From positions 9,238,001 through 9,302,000 of the forward strand of contig OZ024755.1 of NCBI GenBank assembly GCA_964016885.1: DNA of 64,000 nt, given 5' to 3'. A program made the position numbers and the translations under genes. Below are positions 29,712 to 45,584 of the stretch, piece by piece. Numbering within the stretch: position 1 is the first letter of the stretch; the number at the start of each line of letters is the position of its first letter. The notes under the pieces were generated by a model. It saw nothing but the letters and a program-made list of their open reading frames with translations. It was not told the DNA's origin and searched no databases. The DNA is from Eledone cirrhosa. Lineage: Eukaryota.

Positions 29712-30128
29712 GTGCTGGTAAAACTCGAGGTATGATGAACGTGCCGATTTTTCAGACGAAACCACTTCACCATCTTAAGATCCTTCACAAACAAAATGAG
29801 TGATATAATTTTAAGCAATAACACCTCTCTCCAAACAAGGCCCTAGTCACTGGGCGGAAGCACTAAATTAATATATATATATGTATTTGTGTATGTTATG
29901 TGTGTGTGTGTGTGTGTGTGAAAATATATGTATGTACATAAATTCAATAAATTTATATATATATAAATTTAGTGGTTCCACCCGGTTGAGAAGGGCCGTG
30001 TTTAGGAGAGAGGTTTTATTGCTTAAAATTATATCACTCATAATTTTGTGAAGGGTCTTAGAAAGGAAGGTGAAGTGCTTTTGACTGAAAATTCGGCACA
30101 TACTCCTTTCCTTGAGTATTACACGCAC
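29712..30128. repeat. Diverged inverted repeat (arms 29712-29869 and 29966-30128) centred on a TA/TG microsatellite
   Basis: For example, ATGAGTGATATAATTTTAAGCAATAA is mirrored by TTATTGCTTAAAATTATATCACTCAT; scattered mismatches and indels. Confidence 0.85.
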
Positions 30129-30195
30129 TAACATTATATCCACAAGTTAATAAATAAATGGATATGTTTCCGTTTTTATGTAACTTTATACATAC

Positions 30196-30293
<98 letters not shown>

Positions 30294-30474
30294 GTTTGTA
30301 TGTGTGTGTATGTATATATTTCGTAGATTTGTAGGCATTAAATTAATAACAATCATTTACTGATGGTGTCAATCCATGCAAGTAACAAGTGGTATTATAT
30401 TCATCCACTGGAATTAACCGCTTGCTCGGCAAAAATCGAGATAGGTACCAAAACACACACATCTCTCTCTCTCT

Positions 30475-30534
<60 letters not shown>

Positions 30535-30536
<2 letters not shown>

Positions 30537-30842
30537 CATGGCTTAGTTGTGCGTTGTGTCCCTGGGTAAGACACTTTATTTCATATTTCTCCAGTTCACA
30601 CAGCTGGAGAAAATTAGTTGTGATATCACTAGCCCCAAGCTGTATATACCTTTGCCTTTCCCTTGGACAACATCGGTCTCGTGGAGAGGGAAGAGTGATA
30701 TACATGTGTGGCTGCTGCCTTTTCACAAAAAACACCATGCCGGACTGGAGGCATAGGAACATTTTAGGGGCAAACCCATGGTCATTCTTTCCCCCATGTC
30801 TTTATTATGGAGCACTCGTCGTCGCAACAGACGGAGTGCAAG
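30535..30842 (+). mobile_element. CORE-type SINE with partly deleted head
   Basis: GTTGTGTCCCTGGGTAAGACACTTTATTTCA...CCAAGCTGTAT...AAACCCATGGTCATT; related copies at 40280-40600 and 56880-57085. Confidence 0.7.
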
Positions 30843-32155
30843 TTTTAATATAACTGAATATTTAATGAGCTAATTAAGGAGTAAAATAAACCAGTCTTCA
30901 TCTAGCTTGGTAGATTAGAACTAAGTAACTTTTAGTTCAAATATATACATCATTTTGTTATTAGTCACAATGTTATATTTAAATGTTCACCTTATATACA
31001 ACACGGGGCAGCTACATAGCGTCACGCAACCAGCATGCACACAAATACATTCATTTAGTCCCTCTCTCTCTCTCTTTCCCTCTCTCTCGCTCTCTTTCTG
31101 TCTCTCTCGCATACACGTACACATACGCACAAACACACTCAAATACCACTCTAAAAATATAACCCTATAATGTGTGGCTTGCGAAATGTTTTGCTTCCAA
31201 TATTTTCCCTATTATTAATGGGCATTTCGCAAATATCTTAACGTGCTTTGAATATTCTGTCATCAACGGGGCAAAGAAAAAACAAAACATCTTTTTATAC
31301 ATAAAAAAATATCTATTGAAAGTCCCCAACGCAAAAATAAAATTTAACGTTTTAATATTCGTCGCGTTATTTTTTCGTATACATCAAACTAAAGTTCTAT
31401 CTTTTCGTTTGTAATTTTGAAAATAACAGATATATCATTGGTTGATATTAAGGACGAGTTTTATTTGAAAATATTCTATATACTAAGAACAATTTGTTGT
31501 TGAGAGCCAACTAGCAGACGTTACTGTAGATATTTATAACGTGACTCAATCTGTTTAGTTCAGAATAATTGTAGAGATGTATGTATAGAAGAGAAATAAG
31601 TATTAAAATAGAAATATGAGACAGAAACACATGCACCGTGGAAAGTTTCGCCTAATAATGTCGGTTGCAATTAATACAGACATAACTTTAATACCCTGTA
31701 TTTCTATGCTGTTCATTTGTTGCTTTCTTCGTTATTCGTAATTCCTTAATAGAATAATGAATAACCACACAAGCACGTGCACCTATTCATAAAGATATTT
31801 TTATATTCAAATATACAATACATGGTTTCTTAACTCTTGTTGGAGTCGTAGGGACGCCATTGTTACATACATATGCCGTGTCTTGGGTATTTACATATTG
31901 GGAAGCCCTCCCCTCACCAGGTCAGAACACAGTCCATTTCTTCCACACAGTGAGAGATTGAGAATGAGATAGGGAGGAAGAATTGATCCAGCTTCTAGAA
32001 TTGTACTTTATTTATAACTTTGAAATGATGAAAGGCAAAGTGGCAAAGTGGACACCCATGGGATTTGAACTCAGAGCGCAGAAAGCCGGAACAAATACTG
32101 CAAAGCATTCTAGCGGACGTTCTCACTACTCAGTATTATATATATCTCTCTCTGT

Positions 32156-32238
<83 letters not shown>

Positions 32239-32802
32239 GGTGCCGTTTTGTGTGATCGAATATGGAACCAAGGGATTGTGAAAACCATATGCCATGTTGT
32301 GCTTCGATTACATTTATTCAACCGAGAATAAACAATAAAACAGTTTCCCTTTTCTTTACAAAATAATTGTTTCTACTTTTGGCACAAGGCAAGGCCAGCA
32401 ATTACCCAGTGCATTACTGGTACTTTATTTTATCGTCCCCGTAAGGATGAAAGGCAAAGTTAACCTTGGCGGGATTTGAACTAATAATCGATACACTTTA
32501 AATACGAAGATTGTATCATCCAAAATCTTAGCAATTCTATCTAGTTGAAGTTTTTTCTAAAATATTTTTCTTAAATGTCATGTTTCACATATATTAGGAA
32601 AGAGAGCGAGATTATTTTAAACAGCCCTACCTTCCCACAGAGCATTGATAGAGTACTGCACCGGTTCACTGGAATTTTCGGCGTTCTGAAATATATTTTC
32701 TGATATTTTGTTTGCAATGGAGACATAAATTAAAACGAAATCAACAAGTTTAATTGTTGAAAGAAATAACTTTCAGATTGCGAGCATTTTTATTGAATAT
32801 AT

Positions 32803-32925
32803 AGGTGAAGGCACGTGGCTGAGTGGTTAGAGAATTGGATTCGTAATCGTGAGGTTGTGAGTTCGATTCCCGGGCCGAGCGATGCGTTATGCCCTTCAGC
32901 AAGACACTTTATTTCATGTTGATTC
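32803..32925 (+). mobile_element. CORE-type SINE 5' part with well-preserved tRNA-like head
   Basis: A box TGGCTGAGTGG, B box GAGTTCGATTC, then GCCCTTCAGCAAGACACTTTATTTCA. Confidence 0.8.
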
Positions 32926-34514
32926 TTCTGCCTAGATTTGTGACTGGTAGATAGTATTAGCAATTGGAAAGACCAATGGAAACATTGTTTCCTCAGTCCG
33001 ATTTGACGAGGTCTGGGATCTTATTGATCGACTGTCGATAGAGGTTAATTACGAAAGTTAACGTATCTAATTTATCGAAAACTAATTAATCTTCTGAGGA
33101 ATAATTTTTTTATGACTTCAATAATAAATATTTTCTCCCATAAATGTCGCTTTCTGAATATCGTTTTATGGAGAACGTTGTTGCATGTGTCCGTGTCTTT
33201 TTAATGAGTATTCAAAAATACGTTAAAAAATTAACAACATTTCTTTTCGGTTATAAATTAGAAATTAGCGAGTCTAATCCACGACAATGTTTCTGATTGA
33301 ATCATTTTGCTTCAATTATATTTTATTATACTTGAGACGGTTATAAGAATGCAGTTAATCCCTTCTCAACTTCCTTACAAATGTAAAGCATTCTGCCTCT
33401 GTAAGCAATACATTTTCCTTATATTGTAATCGTAGTACTGGCGCTAGCATACTTACATAAGATCTAAAATGAAATCTCTGAGTCGAGCAGTGATACCTAT
33501 ATGCAGTAATACACCTACTAGAAATAGAACCAAATATCTCTCAAATCATGTCTTAAACAAAAGTCACATTTGATGATATGGTTCTTTCTTTGTACAGTTC
33601 TATGTTCAGAAACATAAACAAAATATTCATAGCTGGAACAGGTTCGATTGTAGGTCTTCTCGATTAAAGTTGATCTGAGCCGAAACAAGAACAATATTTA
33701 AACTAATATTTTATATTTTCTTGTTCGGTACGAAGCCTTTTCTATAGTCGTTGTTATTTCTTTAATCTCGAAAAGCTTTTTTGCTTGTAAGGCTCTGTGT
33801 AATAAAGTTATGTGATCATTTTAATTACTCATACTCCACTTAGAAAAACGTGATCCTGTTTATTGCAATAGGAAAAACGTTACATTTACAGTTCTCACTC
33901 TCAACCTCGTTCATTCTTTCCCATAACACATATCTCTTTTATAAGCGTTTCTGGAGTAGGTGACGATAAAACGAAATGTTGTGAGGGTTTTATAGCTGAA
34001 AACCACATACAAGAAAAGTATCACTTACAAATATTTCATTTTATCATTATTAATATTTCCGTAAAGCACTCAGCCTCTCTAAAAGTTCTTTTCGCATCCA
34101 CTTCTTATCCTTTAATGCCATCCAAGATGGACGGGGGAGGGCCTGAATCGTAGAGTGTTGTTCGTCTTTGGTCTAGTATGGTGGTTACCTTACGATTGAC
34201 ATAATTCATAGTGCGTCGAACAAAAGTTTTTCAGCATATCATTATGACCATTTAAGTTCTACTATCAAATCCCGCTGAGGTATATTTTACGTTTAATCTT
34301 TCTAAAGTCTATAGAATAAATACCTGTCAAGTACTGGTGTCGATATAATCGCCTGTCCTCTCCTCATAAAGTTTCTGGCGCTATTTTAATTACATTAGCT
34401 CTGGTTTGTGAAGAGTTTGACACCATCCACGGGAAACATATTCATAATCTAGCATTAATAAATCGTGTTTAACTTAACAGGCGTAATATTAGTATAATCA
34501 AACGACATTTGATT

Positions 34515-34735
34515 ATATATCAATTGTGAGTGACTTGGAGCTCTGCAACAACATATGTTCAGTCATCAACTGACTCAAGATTGACACAGAGCTGTACGAC
34601 TTAGATTAACTGAATCAGGGTTGACATGGAGCTATAAGACATTTAATCATAAATCAACTGAATCAAGATTGACACGGAGTTGTGCATCATTTTTTTCATA
34701 AATCAATTGAATGTAAACTGACATTGGAACCCTAC
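34515..34735 (+). repeat. Diverged minisatellite, about 5 units of 40-50 bp
   Basis: Recurrent TCAACTGAATCAAGATTGACACGGAGCT-like core. Confidence 0.65.
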
Positions 34736-35302
34736 AATACAGACAGTTGGCATTGATGAATTGATAATCAGTTACATCACTTTACATTCTAAGTTCAAAT
34801 CCCTCCAAGGTTAAATCCTTACAGGGTCGATAAAATAAAATACCAGTAACGCACTGGGGTCAGTTTAATTGACTTTCCTTTCCCCAAAGATTGCTGCTCT
34901 TGTGACTAAATCTGAAACCATTATTTCTTTGGCTTTGTGCCTATTGTAGAAACAATTATTTCTTTGAAACATTGACAAATTTTCCAGAAAGAATATAATC
35001 GATTAAATCAACAAATTCAAATGTATTATTTTATTGACCTCTGAATGGATACAAAGCGAAGTGGACCTTGTGCAGTTTGAACGCACAATATACATGGCGG
35101 CAACTAAATATCGCAAGGCATATTGTTATTCAGACGCTCTGAAGATACTGCCAATTCACCGTCCTTCTTGGCAACACAATTGAAGATTAAAGAATCAGGA
35201 ATCATTCTTCCTTCACACATACATAAATATATACAGACACACATATACACAGGCATACACACGCAAACACACACACACACACACACACGCACACATGCAC
35301 AT

Positions 35303-35384
<82 letters not shown>

Positions 35385-35953
35385 GGTATGTAATGAGAAA
35401 AAGAGGTGGGGAAATAGAGTGGGAAAGGTATATATATATATATATATATATCCCTATCCCACTCTATATATATATATATATACTTACTTATACAGATGCA
35501 TAAACGTATTAATAAAAATAACCAAAACAATAAAAATATAGTAAGGCAAACAACACCTCAGAGAAAACTGGTTTCAAATGCTTGATGTCTTTTGTGTTGG
35601 CAATCACAGCTAGATCCTCCGTTCTTCTAATGGCTGAAAGGTGGTTCGCAACAATAAAAAGGAATCTTGCCTGCTTTTCCACCATTGCTTTCTTAGATTT
35701 CTTCTATACCACTCTTCACTCTGTGTATCATTTCTTCTTGTAATTCTATATTTGGAACAATCCCTTTGCGTTGTATCTTTGGCTTTTGTTTGTTTGTTTG
35801 TTTTGTTTGGTTTGTTTGTTCTTTTTGGTGCTTTGGTTTTCATTCTTTTTATATTTGTTTTTTTTATTAATTCCACGTAATGTTTGGTTCGCTAAGTTTA
35901 TGTACATACATACTTACAAACATATATACATTCGTACATATATACATAGAAAC

Positions 35954-36001
<48 letters not shown>

Positions 36002-36123
36002 AAGTATACATACATTCGTATATATATATAATTATATACATTTATAGATTCGTACATAGATACATAGATACATTTATACATTCGTACATACATACATATA
36101 TACATACATACACACACACACAT

Positions 36124-36166
<43 letters not shown>

Positions 36167-36254
36167 CACATACATTCGTACGTAAATACACACACATATA
36201 CTTACATATGTACGTACCTGCATACATACATATACACATACATGCACACACACA

Positions 36255-36297
<43 letters not shown>

Positions 36298-36316
36298 GTG
36301 TGTGTGTGTATGTTTG

Positions 36317-36378
<62 letters not shown>

Positions 36379-37009
36379 CACTGTTGTGTAAGTATAATCG
36401 CACAGCACAGGAAAAAAATATAGAGAAGAAACAACACAGAAACACACACAAACAAACAAAGACATATGTTTTTTGTGGTTTATTTTATTTTCCCATGTTC
36501 TGCCCTGTAGGAAGCATTCCAGCTTTTTGTCCTATAAGAAACACTTGTGTTTTGTTTTAGTCTATTGCACGTCTATTTCTCAAATAGACATTTCATTACA
36601 GCTAGCTATTTCGGATTTAGTCCCTTAATGACTCCTCATGTTGCTGTTGTTGTTGTTGTTGTTACTGTTGTTGTTACTGTTTTTGTTGTTGTTTGGTGTT
36701 AGTTTTCTATTTATTTCTATTTATTTCTATTTCTATTATTATTATTATATTATATTATATTTTTGTTGTTATTGTTGCTGTTTTTTGTTGTTGTTTTAGT
36801 ATTGTTGCGTGTATTTTAAATGTTTTTGTTGGCTCTTGTATCCCGTTTAATTTTTTGCCTCTATATTTTTTCTCTCTTGTTTACAGTTTACTTTCATTTT
36901 CTTATATTTCGCTCTTCTCTCTCTCTCGCATTTGTGGAAACTTCATATATATATATATATATGTGCGTGTGTGTATGTATGAATGTATGTGCGTGTGTGT
37001 GCTTGTGTT

Positions 37010-37059
<50 letters not shown>

Positions 37060-37143
37060 TTGCTTTTCTTTTTGGTTTATACGCCAATTCGTTCCTCTAC
37101 AAGTTGCACTGTATTTATCAATGTCATGCACTCATATAGAAAT

Positions 37144-38012
<869 letters not shown>

Positions 38013-38337
38013 GGAAGATAATAATTACAGACACGATGAGGGAATGACAAGAATTTCGAGAAATGTCACATTTTAAAAGTCAATTTGTCATGAAACAGCT
38101 ATTTATTTGAACACTCTCATCCATTTTGATCCTTCGCTCTTTTTATTATCTCTTCTCTTTTTTTCTTATCTCAAATGTGTTGAGAAGTCAAGTTTTCAGT
38201 TGACTTCAAACTACTCGAGAAACTTTAATCTAATGTATGCACTTTGAGCTATTTTCGTTTTTACATTTTTTTCGGAACTCAAACTCAAACAAACGTTGTT
38301 TTTGTTGTTGTTGTTGTTGTTCTTGTTGTTGTTGTTC

Positions 38338-38378
<41 letters not shown>

Positions 38379-38586
38379 TTTTTTTTGGGGGGGGGGGGTT
38401 ATGGTTCGTGTTTTTTTTTTGTTTTTGTTTTTTTTTTACTATAGTTTGGATTGTTTAGGGGAAAACCAGTAAAATGCAAGTTAGAAATAAAGGAATGAAA
38501 ATTAGAGTAGAGTAACGTAAGAGAAACAGAACGAAACAAATCAACAGTTTACACTTTTATAATATATTATTCATTCTATTTCAGTG

Positions 38587-38785
38587 TTCTTCTTCTTCTT
38601 CTTCTTCTTCTTCTTCTTCTTCCACTTAGTCCTGAGAGTACGTGAGGGGCAGAGTCCTCAAACACTCCCTTCATCGGGTCCTGTCAGAAGCAACAGTCTC
38701 CAACTGACCAGCTAAGCTCATGGATGTTATCCAACCATCCTGCTCGGTGTGAATCCCTGGGTCTCCTACCTGTTGGTAACATTGT
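38587..38785 (-). mobile_element. RTE-clade LINE 3' end with (GAA)n tail
   Basis: Minus strand MLPTGRRPRDSHRAGWLDNIHELSWS...LETVASDRTR*RECLRTLP resembles the RTE C-terminal GRRPRGRPRTRW motif; followed by GAAGAAGAA. Confidence 0.75.
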
Positions 38786-39058
38786 GTAGCTGTTGCGTAA
38801 GCCATTAACTTTTAATGTCCTGTACCTCATGAAACTGCATTATCAAGACATGTTTGAAAACTAAAAAAACAAAATGGATTATTATTGCATTGCATTAAAA
38901 CATAAACATATTACTTTAGTATACTGCAAATTTTCAAAATGATTTGTCGACTAGTAAAGATATAAACATTTGAATTAATAAATCCTTTTCTAGGTATTTT
39001 CTGCCAAATCATTACAAGATTTTGAGAGTTAAACTATGTTATAAAATACTCCAACAGA

Positions 39059-39784
39059 CAGTAGCGGACTAGGTCTAAAAATATTAGTTACCAGATGAAA
39101 GGGGCCCACCTACATATAGAATACTATCATTTAATTTTTATAATGAGTAAATAATATTTTCGAAAAATACATAAGTGGAAACAAAACAATGCAATCAAAT
39201 TTTGCGGAATAAAAAATATTATGTATTTTGCGAAATCCAGAGACTTTCAATAATGACCAGAAGTCAACCTTAAATATTACTAATAGCTCTAGGAAAGCCA
39301 TGGGGAACCACATCTTTTTAACTTTGATTTTGAAAGTAGGTTTATAATTATAAATTTTCATTATACATTTGTAGCTGTCTCGGTGGCCTAGTTGGAGGGA
39401 CCATAGACGGTGGTGGTCCTGGTCTGAAGTTCCATCCTTGTCTGAGTAGGTTCCCACTAAACCTTTTTCAGTTTTTTTTCTATTGGTTGTAAAATAAAAA
39501 CTGAAAAATGTTACATGCACCGTTTGAACCCAAGGTCAGGATATCCACCGTCTCTAGTACCTACCGCTAGGCCACTGAGACAACTACGAAAACTATATGA
39601 AAATTCATACTTATAAACCTACTTTCAAAATGTTCAAAACAAAGTGTTGTGGTGTCATTCATCCTACTTACGGTCGTTTGGGTGTTCCATAAACTACATC
39701 CTCGTTTTGTTCCACATCTATCTAGACTATATTTTAACCTGTAATCCATGTTTCATTTCTGTTGCACCACTTTTCTCCTCCGCC

Positions 39785-39816
<32 letters not shown>

Positions 39817-40027
39817 CTATCTCTCTCTTACACACACACTCTCTCTCTCTTTAAAAAAATTTATTCTTTCTCTTAGGTTTCAGGTAATTTTTTAAAGCAA
39901 AGCATTGGCCCCTAAAATACTACAGTGGGCCCTTCAATGCTACTCTGGGCTCTTGCAATGCCACCGTGGGCCCCCGGGGGCCCACTTCCAATTGGGCAAC
40001 CTGGCAAACCTGGCCAGTCCGCCACTG
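39059..40027 (+). mobile_element. hAT-like non-autonomous DNA transposon, 969 bp
   Basis: TIRs CAGTAGCGGACTAG and CAGTGGCGGACTGG (reverse complement of right end); imperfect 8-bp TSD CCAACAGA / TCCACAGA; GGGCCC-rich subterminal repeats. Confidence 0.7.
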
Positions 40028-40795
40028 TCCACAGATATATCTTCCAGACACGTAGTTTCAATATGTAACGTGTCTCTAAGTACACTGTCTATTTGTAAAC
40101 ATATTATAAAGGTTTATTTTTATCTGCATACCTGATTATATGTTAACCAACAAATAAGAGAAAACAGCTCAATTTGATTATTTCGGACAATTAGAAATGA
40201 CAGGTGAAAAATAGTTTGTATTGTAGGGAAACGAAGTAAATATAATTATCTGAGCTAGTATTTCAGAAATGTTTCGATATGTGGCTTAATATTTACAATG
40301 TTGATTTTTACGATTGCAAAGTAGTGTGTTCAATTCCAGGATCGAATGACGTGTTGTGTCCTTGAGTAAAACACTTTATATCATGTTGCCCATGTCCACT
40401 CAGCCAGTAGAAATTAGTTGCGAGGTTACTGGTGCCAAGCTGTATCGGCTTTTGTTCTTGCTTGGGATAGAATCACTGAAGTGAAGAGGAGAAACTAGCA
40501 TTCATGGGTGAATGTTAGTCATCCATAACTACACCATTCCCTGGCTTGCGCTTTGAAGAGAAATATTCCAAATGCAAACCCATGGTTGGTCATGATCATA
40601 GGGGCTCTTGCATGTTTTTATGTTTGATTCGTATCAAACTTGTTAAAAATAAAATGTGTGACGAAAAGCCTTTGACAAAAATAAACAAAACAACCATCTG
40701 GTTATTGAACCAACCAACTGGAAATTTGTAATAAAAAGTGAAAACCAGCAGAAGCGTGTGTTTTTATTCTTCATTGGCAGCATGACTCTCCCAAA

Positions 40796-40952
<157 letters not shown>

Positions 40953-41609
40953 TGCATTATATACGTATGTATATATAATTAGATAATATCTTTCATCAGT
41001 GAAGCACACGTGAATGAGTATGTAATAACACTTGTAATAATTTCATTTTTCGAGTTGTTTATGATTTAAGAAATGAGCGGTCATTGACATAACTAAGTCT
41101 CTATGATTATCTTCATAAACCTCTTGAATACAACTTCTCACGTTTCAATTGATTAATCTGTTTATTGAATTCCATAATTATGTCTTTAATTAAATAATCA
41201 TTTACAATTTTGTTTATATGTAATATTAGTTTGTTTTTGACAACACACCCACCCAACTCTTCTACAACACGTGTATAATGCTTGAATACTAAACTCCAGT
41301 GAATTACGAGTATATGACAATATACTTTATTTCACATTGCTCCAGTCTACTCAGAGTTGTATCCTTAATCCAAAGTTTTAGTCTGAAAACACCGTGTCCC
41401 GTTGAATCTCCCTGGGAACTATACTAAAGATGAACATGTTTGTAGAATGTTCAACCACTTGCACGTTAATTTCAGGAGAACGCTATTTCATTTTTCGAAA
41501 AATTATAACACTCCTCGTCAAAACCGACGGACGTCCAACACCTACCCATATCAGGAAGATTCTGTGTGACACTGTGTGACAAGCTGGCCCTTTCAATGTC
41601 AGGTATAAT

Positions 41610-41770
41610 TGATTCGACGGGGTTTTAAACCGTTTCTGTCTACCAAATTTCACCTACATGGTTTGGGTTGACTCGAGGCTATGGTAAATGACATTTTCCC
41701 AAGGTAGCTCACAGTGAGATCGAACCCAAAACGTAATGATTGTAAATCGAACGTTTTAACCATTTGACCT
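41610..41770 (-). mobile_element. tRNA/CORE-type SINE (family C)
   Basis: Minus strand GGTTCGATCTCACTGTG...CCTTGGGAAAATGTC...TTTGGTAGACAGAAACGG; related copies at 22400, 48765-48910 and 17570-17650. Confidence 0.65.
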
Positions 41771-43681
41771 CTCCTACTCTCTATAAATGTACAATCATGT
41801 GCCTAAATAAGAAATCAAAGAAATGGTTACATAGTCGTTACTGATGCTCTGCAGTAACAGTTGTTTATATCTAATAAGTTATTTTTATATGCATTATTTA
41901 ATATAAGGCTAGCTTTATTGAACGAACGATGTGAATTACTGGTGAGCGTGGGTGCCATGTTGGACTAATGAAATAGTTTTGTGTCGACTCATTTACCAAA
42001 TAGATTCTATTACAGTTTGCACCGGGGGAAAGAGCCAGTTAAAACACGCCGAATCGTGTAGACATCTCTTTAGCTTTGGTGTTCGTCTTATCTAATTATT
42101 GTTATAAGTTCATTAACGTTCACACGTGATACTAGTGGCATTAGGTAAGGTTTTCTTTTATAAATAGCTCGTGTTACTCAGAAATTTATGTTACGTACAT
42201 TTCCGGCACTGTAGAACTTATAAAAGTAGCTGTCTGCTTAACATAGACTTTGGCTAAACAAGTAATTTTTAGGCATATTTTCACATATACGGTACTGTGC
42301 ACCTATATACTTGAACTATTGTAAGGATATCGGGTACATAATCAGACCTGATTAAAATTATATTGGAGTGAGAGACAAGAAAATATTCTAGCTACCAAAC
42401 TAACGTGCATTGGTGTGTCAAGCAGTGTTTTAAAGGTGCCCGTGTACCAAAGGTTGGTATTTGCTTTATTTTTTGAGAGATCTTGTAAAGAACTAAGATT
42501 AGTGTATTCATGGTTTCAACATCAAATTTGATACAAGAATCTATCAACGTAATATTTACTCCAATAGTCCAGCTTCATTCCTACCACGATACATGTACGA
42601 AATCAAACTTTATAGATATCGGATCTTATTGCTATTGAACATCCGTCAATACCAACGATGAGTGTTCCAGTTGCTCAACCAACATAATAAATAGCCCGCT
42701 CGAGAAATAACGTGTTAACGGCTGGACCTTGGAAATACAGGTAGAACTCATTTATGTCAGTTGGTTGAACTGGAGCAGCCTGGAATAAAGAATATTGCTC
42801 AAGGATACAATGTGCTTCCGGAAATCGAACTTACAATCATAAGATCATGGACCTAACACCCTAACTTCTTAGTCACACATATTGAAATGTACACATTAAC
42901 GAAGAGTGCTTTATAGGGTCGCACAAACTGTTCTAAATTCCAATCAAATCTTCCTCAAATTACATATTATAATCTGCTGTAAAGGAAGGAGACATTATAG
43001 ACATACACAACTTGATTATCTTTGATCGTGATGGAGCGGAGGATAAACAACTACAACCAGGACTAATACTTCTTATCCATCTTTAACGGAGTGTAAGAAG
43101 GCCAGGAGGATCCCGACGTGGTGTGAACCTTCGAACGTAGACAGATGTAAAAAATACAATAAAGTAAAACATTGGATGAAATATAGAACTAAAGCCACAA
43201 ACTAATATTGACAACTTGCCAAAAGTCCTGAAAACTTAATATGGTGGTTGAGACGCCGTCTTGATATATGGCGCGACTTGGGCAGTTTAACCACGATGGA
43301 GCCCATCCTTCTTATGTGGATGTTTTGTAGAGATTTTGAGGAGGGAGAATATATAGAATTAAGAATCGATCACAGTAGTGAACTGGTACTTTTTTACGCT
43401 CTCGAGAGATGAAAGATAAAGTCGAACTACGCGGAATTTGAACTTAGAGTAAATAGAATAGGAACATGTAGAGTAAAACATTTCATTCTATGTTCTAACG
43501 ACTGTATTACTTCAGCACTTTAATTAACAAGAGAGAAACTTATAAAAGGTCTTACCAATGAGCCTTTTAAGAGAGACAGTGTGGAGTCTTTATTCTGGAG
43601 ATAGAGAAATATTACACCATTAGTTGCAAATGAGGAAATACTTATGAAAAACGGTTAACAAAATACTAAATGAGAAAAATA

Positions 43682-43748
<67 letters not shown>

Positions 43749-43974
43749 GGGGGTGTAAATACTACAGTAAACCATTAAAATAATAATTGAATAAGCACTC
43801 AATACTTGTGGGTAGAGTGTAAATGGCACAAACACTAAAGTTACAGCTTGGCCACTTAATCTAGGTGCACGTATAGAGAAACAGATAGTTAATTAGATGT
43901 ATATAGGCAGAGATACGTATGTATGAATAATATTTTATTTATAGCTGTGTTGTGTAATATATTCACACTAACAC

Positions 43975-44031
<57 letters not shown>

Positions 44032-44163
44032 TGTGAGCTTATGAATATGATTGTAGACACACAAACATACATGCATACATGCATGCATGCTTAAATACAT
44101 AGATACAAACATAATACATAATACATACATATATACGAACGTACTTATAAACACACACACATG

Positions 44164-44267
<104 letters not shown>

Positions 44268-44304
44268 TATATATTTATACATATATATATATACGTATGT
44301 AAAT

Positions 44305-44336
<32 letters not shown>

Positions 44337-44611
44337 ATATATACATATATATACATGTATATATATATACAGATGCAAACACACACACATATACACGTTA
44401 TTGCTTTTATGTTAGAACTTAGTAATCAGATATGATATGTATCATTTTTGTTTTCCTTTTTGGTATGTGGTGCTTAAAAAAATCTGGTATTTGTCGAGCA
44501 AGCTTCCTAGACAAACCACTTAAAGGATTTTTAGGCCACTAGCCAAAGACTATGTTGATACTGTTAACATTAGGATCATTGCTATTATTTTTGTTGTTGT
44601 TGTTGTTATTA

Positions 44612-44675
<64 letters not shown>

Positions 44676-45129
44676 CATTATTATTATTATGGATGTTGTG
44701 TTGTAGAATTATTTTTGTGTTGTTATTGTCTTATATATTCAATTCTGTATTTGATAAAGATAAATGTAATGATAATGATTTTTATGAACTTAAGCGTAAG
44801 ATCAAAATTGTGTATATTTTTCTAATGATAGACGAGAGTATTTTGACTGCTTCTGATTCTGGTTCACATTTTATTTGCCCCTGGTGGTGGGATTTGATCC
44901 CTGAACTGAAATTGATGCACAATAAGATAATGAGAGAATAAAGGTTTCACTTAATTAACTAAAACTTCTTGCAAACTTTATGGAACTGTCTCCTTCATTT
45001 TGAAAGAGGGTGCAATGCAAATATCATTACTTTTCAAGTAGCGCCGAGGTCGACTTTCCGTCCAATCCCCCAAAATTGCTGACCTTTTGCCTGTGTAAGA
45101 AAATTTAATTACCCCTTTCTTTTAAAAAG

Positions 45130-45365
45130 GCGTTGCGGCGAGATTTTCTCTGCCTGGTAGCTATGGCGAAGAAAGCTGTATGGTGGACTCACCTCAGATG
45201 ATTACAGACAGAGGTCTTCTTCTCCGGCCAAGTCCTGATCAACATCTTCGAGATCCACTTGAGGAGGAAGGTGAGGATAGAAAGATAGGTGCTACCTACT
45301 AAAGATGAATGAGAGCAGCAAGATTGGCGATGCTGAATGAGCCTAGCCTACATTGACTATGCTTT
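45130..45365 (+). pseudogene. L1/Tx1-group LINE ORF2 C-terminal fragment
   Basis: FLCLVAMAKKAVWWTHLR*LQTEVFFSGQVLINIFEIHLRRKVRIER* resembles the Tx1 AKxxIWxxR C-terminal segment. Confidence 0.55.
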
Positions 45366-45378
45366 TACACACACACAG

Positions 45379-45431
<53 letters not shown>

Positions 45432-45546
45432 AAGTGAAAAATAACCGAGGTGTCGTACACGAGTGAAAGTATAAAGAAAAAAAGATGAAATCGAAAATGC
45501 AACTGGAGTCTTATTTTTTTAAAAATATATATATATTTATTTAGTT

Positions 45547-45584
45547 CCTTTACCGGTTTCGCAGTTCTTCTGCTTTTCAAAAGT
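45547..45584 (-). ncRNA. Hammerhead ribozyme, U3-A8 variant (left arm)
   Basis: Same motif as 11399-11436. Confidence 0.75.

Noticed and set aside
29728-29772. ATGATGA...GAAACCACTTC hammerhead-like string
   Set aside because: C3 is missing, stems II and III are poor, and the motif is not preserved in the other arm of the inverted repeat.
32810-32880. Possible tRNA gene
   Set aside because: A and B boxes are present, but the acceptor and anticodon stems do not pair well and it runs directly into the CORE-like SINE body.
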